Of a stretch of 64,000 nucleotides of DNA, positions 36,513-46,326 are shown one piece after another; within the stretch, counting starts at the first letter, position 1, and every line of letters starts with the position of its first letter. The translations under genes and the position numbers were made by a program. Source of the stretch: an uncultured Planctomycetales bacterium (GTDB taxonomy: Bacteria > Omnitrophota > Gorgyraeia > Zapsychrales > JAHFFX01); contig CAZUJQ010000002.1 of the NCBI GenBank assembly GCA_964620805.1, forward strand, positions 6,253-70,252. The letters are read 5' to 3'. A model generated the notes under the pieces. It did no database searches. It had not been told where the DNA came from and saw nothing but the letters and a program-made list of their open reading frames with translations.

Positions 36513-37097
36513 TTATTGTTGAGCATGCGAGTCAACACGTGCTCCGTAGCTAAAATTGCAATCCGCCTCCTTTAACCGTGGATATTGACTGTCCTTTTCT
36601 GACAGAACGGGCTTTCGGACCGGCCAAGTAATGGCCAGGTCCGGGTCATTCCAAAGGATGCCGCGTTCCTCTTCGGGTGTATAAACCTCTGTACAGTAAT
36701 AAATCACCTGAGCGCGTTTCGAAAGGACGCAGAATCCATGCGCAAATCCTTCCGGAATGTAAAGCATCTTTTTTTGCTCTGAGTTCAGATATTTGGCCAC
36801 CCAGCGCCCGAAATAGGGAGAACCGGATCTTAAGTCCACGGCCACATCAAAGATTTTGCCTTCGACAACGCTGACCATCTTTCCCTGAGCGGCGGGATGC
36901 TTTTGATAATGCAATCCCCTTAAGGTGTCCTGGCTGCTATGAGAATGATTCACTTGCACAAAGGGTTTAAGGATGCCGTTTTGCTGGAATTCCGGGAATT
37001 TATACACTTCGGTAAAATATCCTCGGCTGTCGCGATAGACATCGGACTCGATCTCTAGGACATCGGGGATCTCGTTTTTAAAGAAGCGAAAGGCCAT
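36513..37097 (-). CDS. rfbC: dTDP-4-dehydrorhamnose 3,5-epimerase
   Basis: Cupin-fold RmlC signature 'DSRGYFTEVYK...HYQKHPAAQGKMVSVVEGKIFDVAVDLR'. Confidence 0.8.
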   Translation of the reverse strand: MAFRFFKNEIPDVLEIESDVYRDSRGYFTEVYKFPEFQQNGILKPFVQVNHSHSSQDTLRGLHYQKHPAAQGKMVSVVEGKIFDVAVDLRSGSPYFGRWVAKYLNSEQKKMLYIPEGFAHGFCVLSKRAQVIYYCTEVYTPEEERGILWNDPDLAITWPVRKPVLSEKDSQYPRLKEADCNFSYGARVDSHAQQ

Positions 37098-37131
37098 GGT
37101 TTTCCTTAAATGCTGATTCTAATAATCAGAG

Positions 37132-37250
37132 GGCTGTGAGGTTAAGGTAAGGTAGTGTGTTAAGTAATGTGGTTAAGTAGTGGGTCAGGACTCACTACTC
37201 ACTACCCACAACTAAACTCACTACATAACCTTTACCCCACATCCAGATTT
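37132..37250. repeat. family-E long inverted repeat (second copy) upstream of rfbC
   Basis: 'gtgaggttaaggtaaggtagtgtgttaagtaatgtggttaagtagtggg' (no C) / 'ctcactactcactacccacaactaaactcactacataacctttacccc' (no G). Confidence 0.7.
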
Positions 37251-37300
37251 CTGAATATCAATAATCTCTTCCATCAACTCGTATACTACCAACTCGTATA

Positions 37301-38179
37301 CTACTCTTCCGCTAAAACACGCAAATAGTCGCTATAAGGCGTCTTGATTCCATCCGCCAATCGCAGGAGTTGTTGTTGGTCGATGAATCCCATCCGGTAC
37401 GCCACTTCCTCGATGCAACCGACTTTCAGGCCCTGATGATCTTCCAGGGCCCTGACGAAAGAGGAGGCGTTCAAAAGAGAATCATGGGTTCCGGTGTCCA
37501 GCCACGCATAGCCGCGGCCCAAGAGCGCCACTTTCAATTGCCTGCGGGAGAGGTATTCCATATTGACGTCCGTGATTTCCAGCTCTCCCCGCAGTGAAGG
37601 TTTCAGGGATTTGGTAATGGATACGATGTCCTGATTGTAGAAATACAGACCCGTGACGGCGTAATTGGATTTAGGATTCTTGGGCTTTTCTTCAATGGAA
37701 ACAACATTTTTCTGACCGTCGAATTCCACAACCCCGTAGCGTCCGGGGTCCTTCACGTAATAGGCAAAGACCGTGGCAAAGGGATCACTATCGGCTGTTT
37801 TGAGAAGATCAACGAAGCCGTTCCCAAAAAAGAGATTGTCCCCCAGGATCAAAGCGACATTGCTTTGTCCCAGGAACTTCTCCCCGATGATAAAGGACTC
37901 CGCGATGCCCTTGGGCTCTTCCTGCCTGGCGTATTGGATGTTTATCCCTAAATCCCGGCCGTCTGTGAAAAGATCCTCAAACAAAGGCAGAGCCTGGGAG
38001 GTGGAGATCACCAGAATGTTGCGAATGCCGGCCAGCATCAAAACCGACAGGGGATAATAGATCATCGGTTTATCATAAACCGGCAAAAGCTGTTTGCTGA
38101 CCCGCTTGGTGATGGGATAGAGCCGGGTGGCCTTGCCGCCGGCGAGGATGATGCCTTTTCGTTGTTTATGTTGGGTCAT
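37301..38179 (-). CDS. rfbA: glucose-1-phosphate thymidylyltransferase
   Basis: 'KGIILAGGKATRLYPITKRVSKQLLPVYDKPMIYYPLSVLMLAGI' RmlA signature. Confidence 0.85.
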   Translation of the reverse strand: MTQHKQRKGIILAGGKATRLYPITKRVSKQLLPVYDKPMIYYPLSVLMLAGIRNILVISTSQALPLFEDLFTDGRDLGINIQYARQEEPKGIAESFIIGEKFLGQSNVALILGDNLFFGNGFVDLLKTADSDPFATVFAYYVKDPGRYGVVEFDGQKNVVSIEEKPKNPKSNYAVTGLYFYNQDIVSITKSLKPSLRGELEITDVNMEYLSRRQLKVALLGRGYAWLDTGTHDSLLNASSFVRALEDHQGLKVGCIEEVAYRMGFIDQQQLLRLADGIKTPYSDYLRVLAEE

Positions 38180-38197
38180 TTTTTATTTCCGTAATAA

Positions 38198-38397
38198 GTT
38201 GCCGATGTTTCCAGAGTTTCCGAGGTTTCCGATGTTACCTGATTCATCCGACATCCTTTAAGGTTGCTTAAGGCTGTCTTTCTGAACCTCTTGTAACCTT
38301 AGGGAAACCTCTGAAAAGGCAACCTCGGCAACCTGCCTGCCATTTGCAGTGTCAATCGGCAGGCAGGCATTGGCAACGTTGGAAACATGGGCAACCT
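38198..38397. repeat. family-A element copy A7 (right arm interrupted by a 36-bp palindrome at 38333-38368)
   Basis: gttgccgat-gtttccaga-gtttccgag-gtttccgat-gttacctga; core ttcatccgacatcctttaaggttgcttaagg; right arm ggcaacctc-ggcaacctg-[cctgcctgcc...ggcaggcagg]-ggcaacgtt-ggaaacatg-ggcaacctt. Confidence 0.8.
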
Positions 38398-39350
38398 TAC
38401 TTGCCCCACTTCCCCTTAAAATATTCGGCCGTCTTTGCCAGCCCCTCTTCGAACTCCACGATGGGTTTATACTTAAGCACCTTTTTAATCTTGGAGATAT
38501 CCGCGTTGGTGCGAAACACATCTCCCGGCCGGACCGGCAGGAGTTGGGGGTCAATATTTTTCCCCAGGATGCGGTTTAAGACCGCCGCGAGTTTAAGAAC
38601 CGTATGGTCCTGTCCACTGGCGACGTTCAGGACCTCGTGCCGGAGACCAGGAGTTGTGGCCGCCAGGATGTTGGCGAAAATGACGTTCTCGATATACGTA
38701 AAATCCCGGGATTGCTTTCCTGTTCCGAAAATTGGCGGCTGTTCATTATGCAAAAGAGAATGGATGAATTTTGGGATGACCACGGCATATTCATCATCCA
38801 GCGATTGTTTTGGCCCGAAGACGTTAAAATAGCGTAGGCACACCGTCTCCACCCCAAAAAATTCCGAGAAGATCCGACAGTAATACTCCCCCGCGAGTTT
38901 GCTTAAGGCATAAGGTGAAATCAACAAAGGAAGATCCGTCTCTTTTTCCGGGAATTTTTTAACGTCTCCGTAGATCGAGCTCGAAGACGCGAAGACAAAG
39001 CGTTTGATTTTATTGTGGGAAGCGGCCTGAAGCATAAAAAGCGTCCCGTTGATATTCACGTCATGATAGCTTTCTGGATCTTTCATGGATTTGGGAACCG
39101 AACGTAGCGCCGCCTGATGAAGGACGTAATCCATTCCCTGACAGGCCTTTTGGCAAGTGCCCTTATCACGGATGTCCCCTAGCATCAGCTCAAATCTGTC
39201 TTTGCCCAAAGTTTTGGCAAATTCCAGATTGTCTTGGGTGCCGGAAGAGAAATTGTCTAGAACTCTCACAAAATGATTTTGTTTGATGAGGGCCTCGGCA
39301 ATATTGGATCCGATGAATCCTGCCCCACCGGTGATGAGGTATTTATCCAT
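38397..39350 (-). CDS. NAD-dependent nucleotide-sugar epimerase/dehydratase (WbpP/TviC-like UDP-sugar 4-epimerase family)
   Basis: 'ITGGAGFIGSNIAEAL', YxxxK 'YALSK' extended SDR. Confidence 0.65.
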   Translation of the reverse strand: MDKYLITGGAGFIGSNIAEALIKQNHFVRVLDNFSSGTQDNLEFAKTLGKDRFELMLGDIRDKGTCQKACQGMDYVLHQAALRSVPKSMKDPESYHDVNINGTLFMLQAASHNKIKRFVFASSSSIYGDVKKFPEKETDLPLLISPYALSKLAGEYYCRIFSEFFGVETVCLRYFNVFGPKQSLDDEYAVVIPKFIHSLLHNEQPPIFGTGKQSRDFTYIENVIFANILAATTPGLRHEVLNVASGQDHTVLKLAAVLNRILGKNIDPQLLPVRPGDVFRTNADISKIKKVLKYKPIVEFEEGLAKTAEYFKGKWGK

Positions 39351-39479
39351 ATATTAACCTTTCCTTTGCTGAGAGCACAGCGCATAGAGCTTAGGGCTAA
39401 TGGCGTATGGCTCATAGCTCATAGCTTTGGGCTGTGGGCTATGGGCCATGAGCTCTACGCCCTTAGCCCTATGCTGACA

Positions 39480-40265
39480 TCACAAATACCGATAAATATA
39501 CTCGGGCAAGTGATATTCAATATTGGTTAGGACATGCCCCAAGAGTTGCGCATGGGCCTGATCCAGGCGTTCGGTGCAGCGCTCGATGATCCCGCGCTGG
39601 GTCCGGCCCGCCTGAATCACCATGATCACCCCATCCGCCAGCGCTCCCAAAACCCCGGCATCGGTCACGGCAATGACGGGCGGGGTGTCAATGAGGATAA
39701 AATCAAAGTTTGGCCGCACCTCGTTGAGAAATGTTTTCATCGTATCGCAGGCCAATAATTCGGAAGGGTTGTCGGGGACTGTTCCACTCGCCATAAAGGT
39801 CAGGTTTTCCAGATCGATCTTAAACAACGCGTCCTTCAGGGAAATTTGCCCCCGTAGAAAGTCGCTTAAGCCGGTCTCTTGTTTTACCCCGAGATACGTG
39901 GCGATCCGTCCCCGTCTCATATCGGCGTCTATGAGCAGGATTTTGGGCTTATGGACCCCCTGGGCCATGGCAACGACCAGGTTTAAGGCCGTAATGGTTT
40001 TGCCTTCCGAGTGAAGGGCGCTGGTCATGACCACCACTTGCGGTGACTTGCCGTGATTCAGAGACATAAAATTGGTTCGTAAAATTTTGTATTGTTCGGT
40101 AATCAGGGATTGAGGATCAAAATAGGTCACGATCCGGGCGTCCAATCGTGAGGATCCTATCTTTTTGACGATGAGTTGTTCTTGCTCAGTGATCCGATTG
40201 ATCTTGTCCAACCGGGTGTGTCTTTCTTCGGCTGCCTTTTTTAATGCTTCGGTAATCTTTCCCAT
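39480..40265 (-). CDS. BY-kinase-type tyrosine kinase / chain-length regulator ATPase (EpsG-like of PEP-CTERM systems)
   Basis: Walker A' 'VVMTSALHSEGKTITALN', 'LLIDADMRRG', Walker B 'ILIDTPP'. The C-terminal 'EYHLPEYIYRYL' tail has four Tyr. Confidence 0.6.
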   Translation of the reverse strand: MGKITEALKKAAEERHTRLDKINRITEQEQLIVKKIGSSRLDARIVTYFDPQSLITEQYKILRTNFMSLNHGKSPQVVVMTSALHSEGKTITALNLVVAMAQGVHKPKILLIDADMRRGRIATYLGVKQETGLSDFLRGQISLKDALFKIDLENLTFMASGTVPDNPSELLACDTMKTFLNEVRPNFDFILIDTPPVIAVTDAGVLGALADGVIMVIQAGRTQRGIIERCTERLDQAHAQLLGHVLTNIEYHLPEYIYRYL

Positions 40266-40284
40266 AACTTTCCTTTCGGTTGGC

Positions 40285-41238
40285 CTACTTTGCCTTGCGC
40301 TCCTTCAAGGGCAGATCCCAATCGTGTTCCGGGAGGCCCGGGTCCACTTGCGGATCTTTTAGGAATTGACCCGAAGAGGAATCAATCCCGTGCCGGATTC
40401 CCTCAAGGCTATTGAGGGGATTGCCCGTGATTTGAGCGGTCGGAGAGTTTTTGATTTCTTCTTTTATGATTTCTTCGTCAATGACTGGCGCCTCCAGCAC
40501 ATAGCCGCTTAATAACGCGTTATCGCAAATCTGATTGATGAGCCTCGGCACGCCTTTCGAAAATTCATAGATCAACTCCAAGGCCTTGTGGCTAAAGTAT
40601 GGACGGTTCGTTCCACTGGCAATCTTTAAACGGTGCCGGATATATTCGAGAGATTCCTCAAGGCTTAAAGGCATGAGGTGATAATAAACAGCGATGCGCT
40701 GGCGAAGCTGTTTTAACCTGCTTAACGCCAGTTTTTCTCTTAACTCCGGCTGGCCTAAAAAGATGATTTGGATGAGTTTTTCATTTTCGGTTTCGAGATT
40801 GGAAAGCAGGCGGACCTCTTCGAGAAGAGATGTAGATAAGTTTTGGGCTTCGTCAATAATGAGAACCACATTGTTGTTTTCCTTGAGCTTCTGAATAAGA
40901 TAGCGATTCAGATGAGAAAGGAGGTGGACCTTGGATCTGCGGGTGAATTCCACCCCCAAATCTTCCAGAATCAGGCTTAAGAGATCGCCTCTGGTGATCA
41001 GGGTATTCGTAATCAAGGCCACTTTCGTTTTGGTCTGTAATTGGTTGAGCAAAGCCCGGCAGATCGTGGTTTTCCCGGCGCCCACCTCGCCGGTAATCAC
41101 CACAAATCCTTTCCTCTCTTCAATCGCGTAGATCAGGGTATTTAAGGCCTCCAGATGCTTTGCACTCGGAAAAAAGAAATGGGAACTCGGGGTGATGTTG
41201 AAGGGTTGTTCCTTGAATCCATAAAAGCGATGATACAT
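40285..41238 (-). CDS. XrtA/PEP-CTERM system-associated AAA ATPase (ExeA/GspA-like)
   Basis: 'VVITGEVGAGKTT' Walker A, 'LIIDEAQ' Walker B, ExeA-like layout; sits between the BY-kinase and Wzz as in PEP-CTERM loci. Confidence 0.6.
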   Translation of the reverse strand: MYHRFYGFKEQPFNITPSSHFFFPSAKHLEALNTLIYAIEERKGFVVITGEVGAGKTTICRALLNQLQTKTKVALITNTLITRGDLLSLILEDLGVEFTRRSKVHLLSHLNRYLIQKLKENNNVVLIIDEAQNLSTSLLEEVRLLSNLETENEKLIQIIFLGQPELREKLALSRLKQLRQRIAVYYHLMPLSLEESLEYIRHRLKIASGTNRPYFSHKALELIYEFSKGVPRLINQICDNALLSGYVLEAPVIDEEIIKEEIKNSPTAQITGNPLNSLEGIRHGIDSSSGQFLKDPQVDPGLPEHDWDLPLKERKAK

Positions 41239-41257
41239 GAGGGCTCCTTGTATAATT

Positions 41258-42556
41258 TTATTTAAGCAATCGCGAGATCATCAATGTGATCATGACCAAG
41301 ATAATCCCAGCCAGGGCGGCTACGCCCGAAAACAATCGCTGTCGTTGCCGTTCCTGGCGCAATGTCTCCAGGGTATTGATCTTGGAGATCGCCCCTAAAA
41401 GAGGGACACCGAGATACTCTTTGGCCTCCTCCACATCCAAAAACGATTTATCCAGAAGCTCTCTTAGGACAACCAAGCCGGCCCCCCCAAGCCCACCCAA
41501 AAATAATCCAATGAAACCCACCATAAACTTATTGGGAGAAAACGGCTGCAAGGGAACGCGGGGTGGATCGAGAATGGTGTATTTGGTTCCTTCCTTCGAG
41601 GCCTGGAGGCGCTGAGTGATTCTGGCTGTTTCCAGGCGTTGAAGAAGCATATTATAGATCTGGGTATTCACGTCCACATCCCGGGCCATGACATTGTCCA
41701 GCTTGTCAATCAGCATCAATTTATAATAGAGGTCTTTGTCTTGGGGCGCCATCGTCCGGGGGTCAGGGAGGTTGGATTTGCCTTCGACTGTGTCCAGGGC
41801 CTTGCGGATTTCCTCAACGATCGGCGTGGTGGTCTTGGCGTCTAAAATCGCATTTTCTGTGTACTCCAAATTTTCCTTTTCAAGTTCCGCGGTTTTCACA
41901 CGAATCTGTTCGCGCAGTTGTTTGACGCGGGGGTGATGCTCGGTGGAATCCATCAAAAGGCTATTCAGCTCATCCTTGAACTGGGCAATCTCCGCCGACT
42001 TGATCTTTCCCTTGTAGACGTGCAGTTGGCTTTCAATAAAGGAAATGGCATCTCGGGTCTCTTTGTCTTGAATCTCTAAGTTCTGTTGAATAAAAATTTC
42101 CGTGATATTTCTAACAATAGCCTGTGTCGTATGGGGGTTTGGACCTACGTAGGAGAGGTCGATAATATTGGGGCTGCGCAAAAGGATGCTGACGTTTCTA
42201 CGGATTCGTCCAACCAATTGTTCCATTTGTTGCTGGTTGGTAATATCCTTATCCATATTGAGGCGTTTCACCAAGGTCACAACACTATGCCAGCCCAGCA
42301 TAGATTCATGGATGGCCGTCATTCGCTGGTTGAAGCTGGTGGAAACCGCCAAGTTGCTAAAAAGCGGATTGTCGGTTTTTCCCTCTTCCACCAAAATAAT
42401 CGTGGAGGATCGATATTGCGGGGGGAGCATGAATCCTACACAAATTCCCAGAATTAATCCTCCATAAACCGGGACAAAAAACAAAGCCTTCCTGCGAAAT
42501 AAGATCTTTAAATAATTCATCAAAGAAAATGATGGGGATTGAACGGACTGATCCAT
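41258..42556 (-). CDS. polysaccharide chain-length determinant (Wzz/PCP family; PEP-CTERM locus type)
   Basis: N-terminal TM, long coiled-coil periplasmic region, C-terminal TM 'FMVGFIGLFLGGLGGAGLVVL'. Confidence 0.55.
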   Translation of the reverse strand: MDQSVQSPSFSLMNYLKILFRRKALFFVPVYGGLILGICVGFMLPPQYRSSTIILVEEGKTDNPLFSNLAVSTSFNQRMTAIHESMLGWHSVVTLVKRLNMDKDITNQQQMEQLVGRIRRNVSILLRSPNIIDLSYVGPNPHTTQAIVRNITEIFIQQNLEIQDKETRDAISFIESQLHVYKGKIKSAEIAQFKDELNSLLMDSTEHHPRVKQLREQIRVKTAELEKENLEYTENAILDAKTTTPIVEEIRKALDTVEGKSNLPDPRTMAPQDKDLYYKLMLIDKLDNVMARDVDVNTQIYNMLLQRLETARITQRLQASKEGTKYTILDPPRVPLQPFSPNKFMVGFIGLFLGGLGGAGLVVLRELLDKSFLDVEEAKEYLGVPLLGAISKINTLETLRQERQRQRLFSGVAALAGIILVMITLMISRLLK

Positions 42557-42574
42557 TTTTTAATCCTTTCTAAA

Positions 42575-43327
42575 CTAAAATCCGGGATATGCCGTTCTGG
42601 CAGTTCCCGCTGCTGTCCCAACAGGCTGGGCCACGGGATTGATGACCCGCATGGCCTTCGCCATCATGGTAGCCGGAATATAAAGGGTATCCCCTGGTTT
42701 CATGACCAGATCTTCTCTTAAATCTCCTTTGTAGAGGAGGGCCTCCACATTGACAATTTTTAGTTCCGGCTTTCCATCATTCGAGGGAGTAATGAGCCGG
42801 CTCTTTTTTCCGGCTGCACTTAATAAAGGAAGTCCCGCCTCCAGGAGGGCTTCTCTGACGGTAATCGTATCTCCGCGCATAAAGATCTTCCCGGGGTTGC
42901 CCACTTCCCCGATCACATAGACCACTTTGCTGTTAAATTCGACGATTTTGACCGTAACTTCTGGGGAGACAATATACACCGATAACTTCTCTGCAACCAG
43001 TTTCCTGACTTCCTCTTTTGTCATCCCGTCAATCTTAATATCACCGACAAATTCATATTGGATGGCGCCTTCACTATTAATAACGTATTCACCCGATACC
43101 TCCGGATGACGTAAAACCATGATTTCAATGACATCATTGATTCCTAAGGTATAACGGCTCGATTCCTCTAAGGCAATGATCTGTTGCGTAATTTCTTCGT
43201 TTGTAACCGCATCAGTTGAGTTATCAGCCTTGACAGCAGTCACGAAAGCAATCATGACAATAAGACCGCAAGAGCCAACGAGCCACCTTTTAAAGCCTAT
43301 TTTCCTATTAGAAAAAATCGTATACAT
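42575..43327 (-). CDS. polysaccharide export protein (Wza-like, Poly_export + SLBB domains)
   Basis: Signal/TM N-terminus; 'YTLGINDVIEIMV' Poly_export motif; SLBB-like 'VYVIGEVGNPGKIFM'. Confidence 0.6.
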   Translation of the reverse strand: MYTIFSNRKIGFKRWLVGSCGLIVMIAFVTAVKADNSTDAVTNEEITQQIIALEESSRYTLGINDVIEIMVLRHPEVSGEYVINSEGAIQYEFVGDIKIDGMTKEEVRKLVAEKLSVYIVSPEVTVKIVEFNSKVVYVIGEVGNPGKIFMRGDTITVREALLEAGLPLLSAAGKKSRLITPSNDGKPELKIVNVEALLYKGDLREDLVMKPGDTLYIPATMMAKAMRVINPVAQPVGTAAGTARTAYPGF

Positions 43328-43361
43328 TTTTTTCTCCTTTTGAAAATGAAAATCTTAAATA

Positions 43362-43547
43362 TTAAATCTCAAACACGGTTTCGTGGAATTCTCTGATCTG
43401 AGAGAGATCCTCTTCATCGTATACTCGCCATCCCCGCCAGTCGCGTTTGGATTTTCGGATTTTTCCCAGCTTTTCCCATCTGGCAAGGGTTTTGGGAGTA
43501 ATACCAATGAGATTTGCCACCTCTGTGATCGTCATCCGCTTATTCAC
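43362..43547 (-). CDS. small helix-turn-helix DNA-binding protein (MerR/excisionase-like)
   Basis: 61 aa, 'MTITEVANLIGITPKTLARWEKLGKI' HTH. Confidence 0.4.
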   Translation of the reverse strand: MNKRMTITEVANLIGITPKTLARWEKLGKIRKSKRDWRGWRVYDEEDLSQIREFHETVFEI

Positions 43548-44022
43548 TTGTACCCCTCCTTCTAATGTTTAAATTTTTTTAATAAAAATAAGGCCATTTA
43601 TCCTTAAAGAAAGATCCAAAACCATGTTTATTGAGTAGCAATTACTATGCCAGTCGTGTACACAGTAAGTCATCTTTTTAGAGTCAGATAGCAAACCTCT
43701 ATTTCCCACGGTATTAAATTTTTCTTAGTTAAATTGGATATCCCCTTCAAAGAAACAAACGTTCTCTCCTAATGTTTAAGATAATAAACTACTTTATCCT
43801 GGATATACCAAGATAATCTTAGAACTCTTGGATAAATAGCCACTTAAGTCACTGTTGACTTTTGTCGTCATAGGATCCTTTTTACCCTGTAAAGAAAACA
43901 CCTCTTTACCCCGTTAGAGAAAGACGCCGATTTCAACCCCGTTAGAAAATATTCATTTTATCAAAGGTCTTGCTTGCATCCACTCGGGGCAAGGCCTTTA
44001 AGAAAATTTTGTAATCATTATC

Positions 44023-45417
44023 TTGTTATGGTATACTCAACCCATGCAATTAAAATTATCTCCTGCTCAAATCCAGAAAACAGTCCTTTCTCCCTTTATG
44101 CAGCAAGCGATGGCTGTTTTGATGGTTCCCATTATGGATCTCACCCAGGCCATTGAAGATGTTCTGCTAGAGAACCCTCTTCTAGAACGCACAGAAGAAA
44201 CAAACGGCCGTACACCAAATCAGGATGGAAAAGAAAAAATCTGCCTCAATTGGGAACGGTATCATAGAAGCTATGAGCGTTTAGATGAAAACATCGCGCC
44301 TGACGACTTCCCGGAAGAAAGGCCCCTCACCCGTCCCGTGACCCTCGAAGAGCATCTCCTTCAACAGCTTCATTGGGAGGTTTCTGACCCCGTTAAGCTC
44401 TGTCTAGGAGAATTTATTATCGGGAATATCGATGAAGACGGCTATCTTAAAATGACCTCCCAAGAGATCGCGGACGCCTTAAGGATCGGTGATCTCAACT
44501 GTGTGGAAGAAACTCTCAAGACAATCCAGAATTTTGAGCCTACGGGAATCGCATCACGCAACCTCGAAGAATGCCTTTGTATTCAGGCGGTGAGCAAATA
44601 CAATGGGAAAAGTGATTTGCTTTCAGAACTGATCCGGCTTCATCTGGATGATTTGGGCGCAAAGCAATACGCTAAAGTCGCCCGAAAGCTTAAGACCACA
44701 CCTCAAGAAATCCAGGAATTAGCCCGGATGATTGCTGATCTGGAACCCAAGCCTGCCCGGAATTATCGAGACCTCCCACCCAATATTTATATCAAACCCG
44801 ATTGCATTATTAAAAAAGATCCTGAGGCTGGATTCCAGGTCTATCTCAACCAAGACGGTATCCCGCCTTTAAAAATCAATGCTCTTTATAAAAACATGCT
44901 CAAATCTCCCCATCTCAAAGAGGAAGAAAGGCTTTTTATCCGCGACAAGCTTAAAGTTGCCATACAGTTTATAAAAAATTTGGAGCAGCGTGGCAAGACT
45001 CTTTGCCTGATTGCCCAGTGTATTGTGGATCGTCAGAAGGATTTCTTGGGAGGAACTCAATCTTCCATAGCGCCCATGGCGCTCAAAGAGGTGGCCATTC
45101 TCATCAATCGAAGTGAATCGACCGTATCTCGGGCGATCCATGGGAAATATATCGATACCCCGCAGGGGCTCTTTCCCATGAAATTTTTCTTTTCTCACGC
45201 TGTCTTAGAGAATCAAGACGGCCCGATATCTTCCCAAAGTATCAAAGAAAGAATGAGAGAGCTTATTGAAACTGAAGACAAATGCTCGCCGCTCTCCGAT
45301 CAGGATATCCAAAACTATTTTACCTCTCAGAACCTTAGACTGGCCCGCAGAACCATCGCCAAGTATCGCAAGGCGTTAAAAATCCCTCCCGGTTACCAGA
45401 GACGCACATACCGCTAA
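44023..45417 (+). CDS. rpoN: RNA polymerase sigma-54 factor (likely start at 44044, MQLKLSPAQ)
   Basis: N-terminal Gln/Leu-rich region I, core-binding domain, C-terminal HTH and RpoN box 'ARRTIAKYRKALKIP'. Confidence 0.85.
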   Translation: MLWYTQPMQLKLSPAQIQKTVLSPFMQQAMAVLMVPIMDLTQAIEDVLLENPLLERTEETNGRTPNQDGKEKICLNWERYHRSYERLDENIAPDDFPEERPLTRPVTLEEHLLQQLHWEVSDPVKLCLGEFIIGNIDEDGYLKMTSQEIADALRIGDLNCVEETLKTIQNFEPTGIASRNLEECLCIQAVSKYNGKSDLLSELIRLHLDDLGAKQYAKVARKLKTTPQEIQELARMIADLEPKPARNYRDLPPNIYIKPDCIIKKDPEAGFQVYLNQDGIPPLKINALYKNMLKSPHLKEEERLFIRDKLKVAIQFIKNLEQRGKTLCLIAQCIVDRQKDFLGGTQSSIAPMALKEVAILINRSESTVSRAIHGKYIDTPQGLFPMKFFFSHAVLENQDGPISSQSIKERMRELIETEDKCSPLSDQDIQNYFTSQNLRLARRTIAKYRKALKIPPGYQRRTYR

Positions 45418-45514
45418 ATTTCGCGAAAGTTTCGCGAAATGACGCTAAATTCTCTTGGAGTTTTGCGTTATTTCGCGCTAGTTTCCACTATCTATTACTC
45501 TTTAATGGGAACCA

Positions 45515-45886
45515 TCACCCACGATCATAGTCATCCTGCAGTCGAATGATATCGTCTTCGGCCAAATAATCCCCGCAGCCTACTTCAATAAAGACCATCT
45601 CCTCTTCACCGGTGTTCCCAATGCGATGAATCGCCCCCATGGGCACGTCCACCACGGTTCCCGGCTCAACGGAAAGCTCCCGGCCGTTGACCACGGCCAG
45701 TCCTTTTCCTTTGACCACAATCCACTTTTCCGAGCGGTGGCTATGCTTTTGCAGGCTTAAACGCTCGCCGGGTTTGACTTCAACCCTCTTGACCCATACC
45801 CCCGGCTCCTGAAAGAGTTTTTGGTAGTGGCCCCAGGGTCGTTCGGAGTAATAGTCGGGATTTTTTTCTGCAGTGTGTTTTTTCAT
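45515..45886 (-). CDS. cupin-domain protein (mannose-6-phosphate isomerase type II C-terminal cupin-like)
   Basis: 'VEVKPGERLSLQKHSHRSEKWIVVKGKGLAVV...GAIHRIGNTG' cupin motifs. Confidence 0.5.
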   Translation of the reverse strand: MKKHTAEKNPDYYSERPWGHYQKLFQEPGVWVKRVEVKPGERLSLQKHSHRSEKWIVVKGKGLAVVNGRELSVEPGTVVDVPMGAIHRIGNTGEEEMVFIEVGCGDYLAEDDIIRLQDDYDRG

Positions 45887-46326
45887 CTTTCTAAATCATC
45901 CACAATGGTCTGCAGGATTTCCCGGGATTTTACCTCATCCCCCAAAGCGCCTACCCTGACACTGAGCCGGGTGATCTTTGAGGAGACGTGTTTCATTTTA
46001 ATCCAGACCCGCTGTTTATCCGCGGTTTCTGATTCGAGGATCGCGGATAATTGATCCATTCGGTCAAGCAGGATAGGAAGATCCAGATCTTTTAAGGCAT
46101 TTTTACTAGCTTCATACACTTCGTCCAAAGGCCTGTCAATGTCTTGACGTAAAGTTCCCTTGACCCATACAATACCCCCGGCCCCGGCTGCAGCGCCCAC
46201 CATGAGCGGCACACATCCCGAGACGTAGAACAACAGTAATCCATAAAGAGCGACTTTTACGAATCTCACGATATGGTTAAACATAACATCTCCTTTCTTC
46301 AGGACAACATTCATTTCGCTCCACAC
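45883..46326 (-). CDS. putative lipoprotein (DUF3568-like)
   Basis: Lipobox 'VSGC' after a hydrophobic signal. Confidence 0.35.
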   Translation of the reverse strand: MWSEMNVVLKKGDVMFNHIVRFVKVALYGLLLFYVSGCVPLMVGAAAGAGGIVWVKGTLRQDIDRPLDEVYEASKNALKDLDLPILLDRMDQLSAILESETADKQRVWIKMKHVSSKITRLSVRVGALGDEVKSREILQTIVDDLER

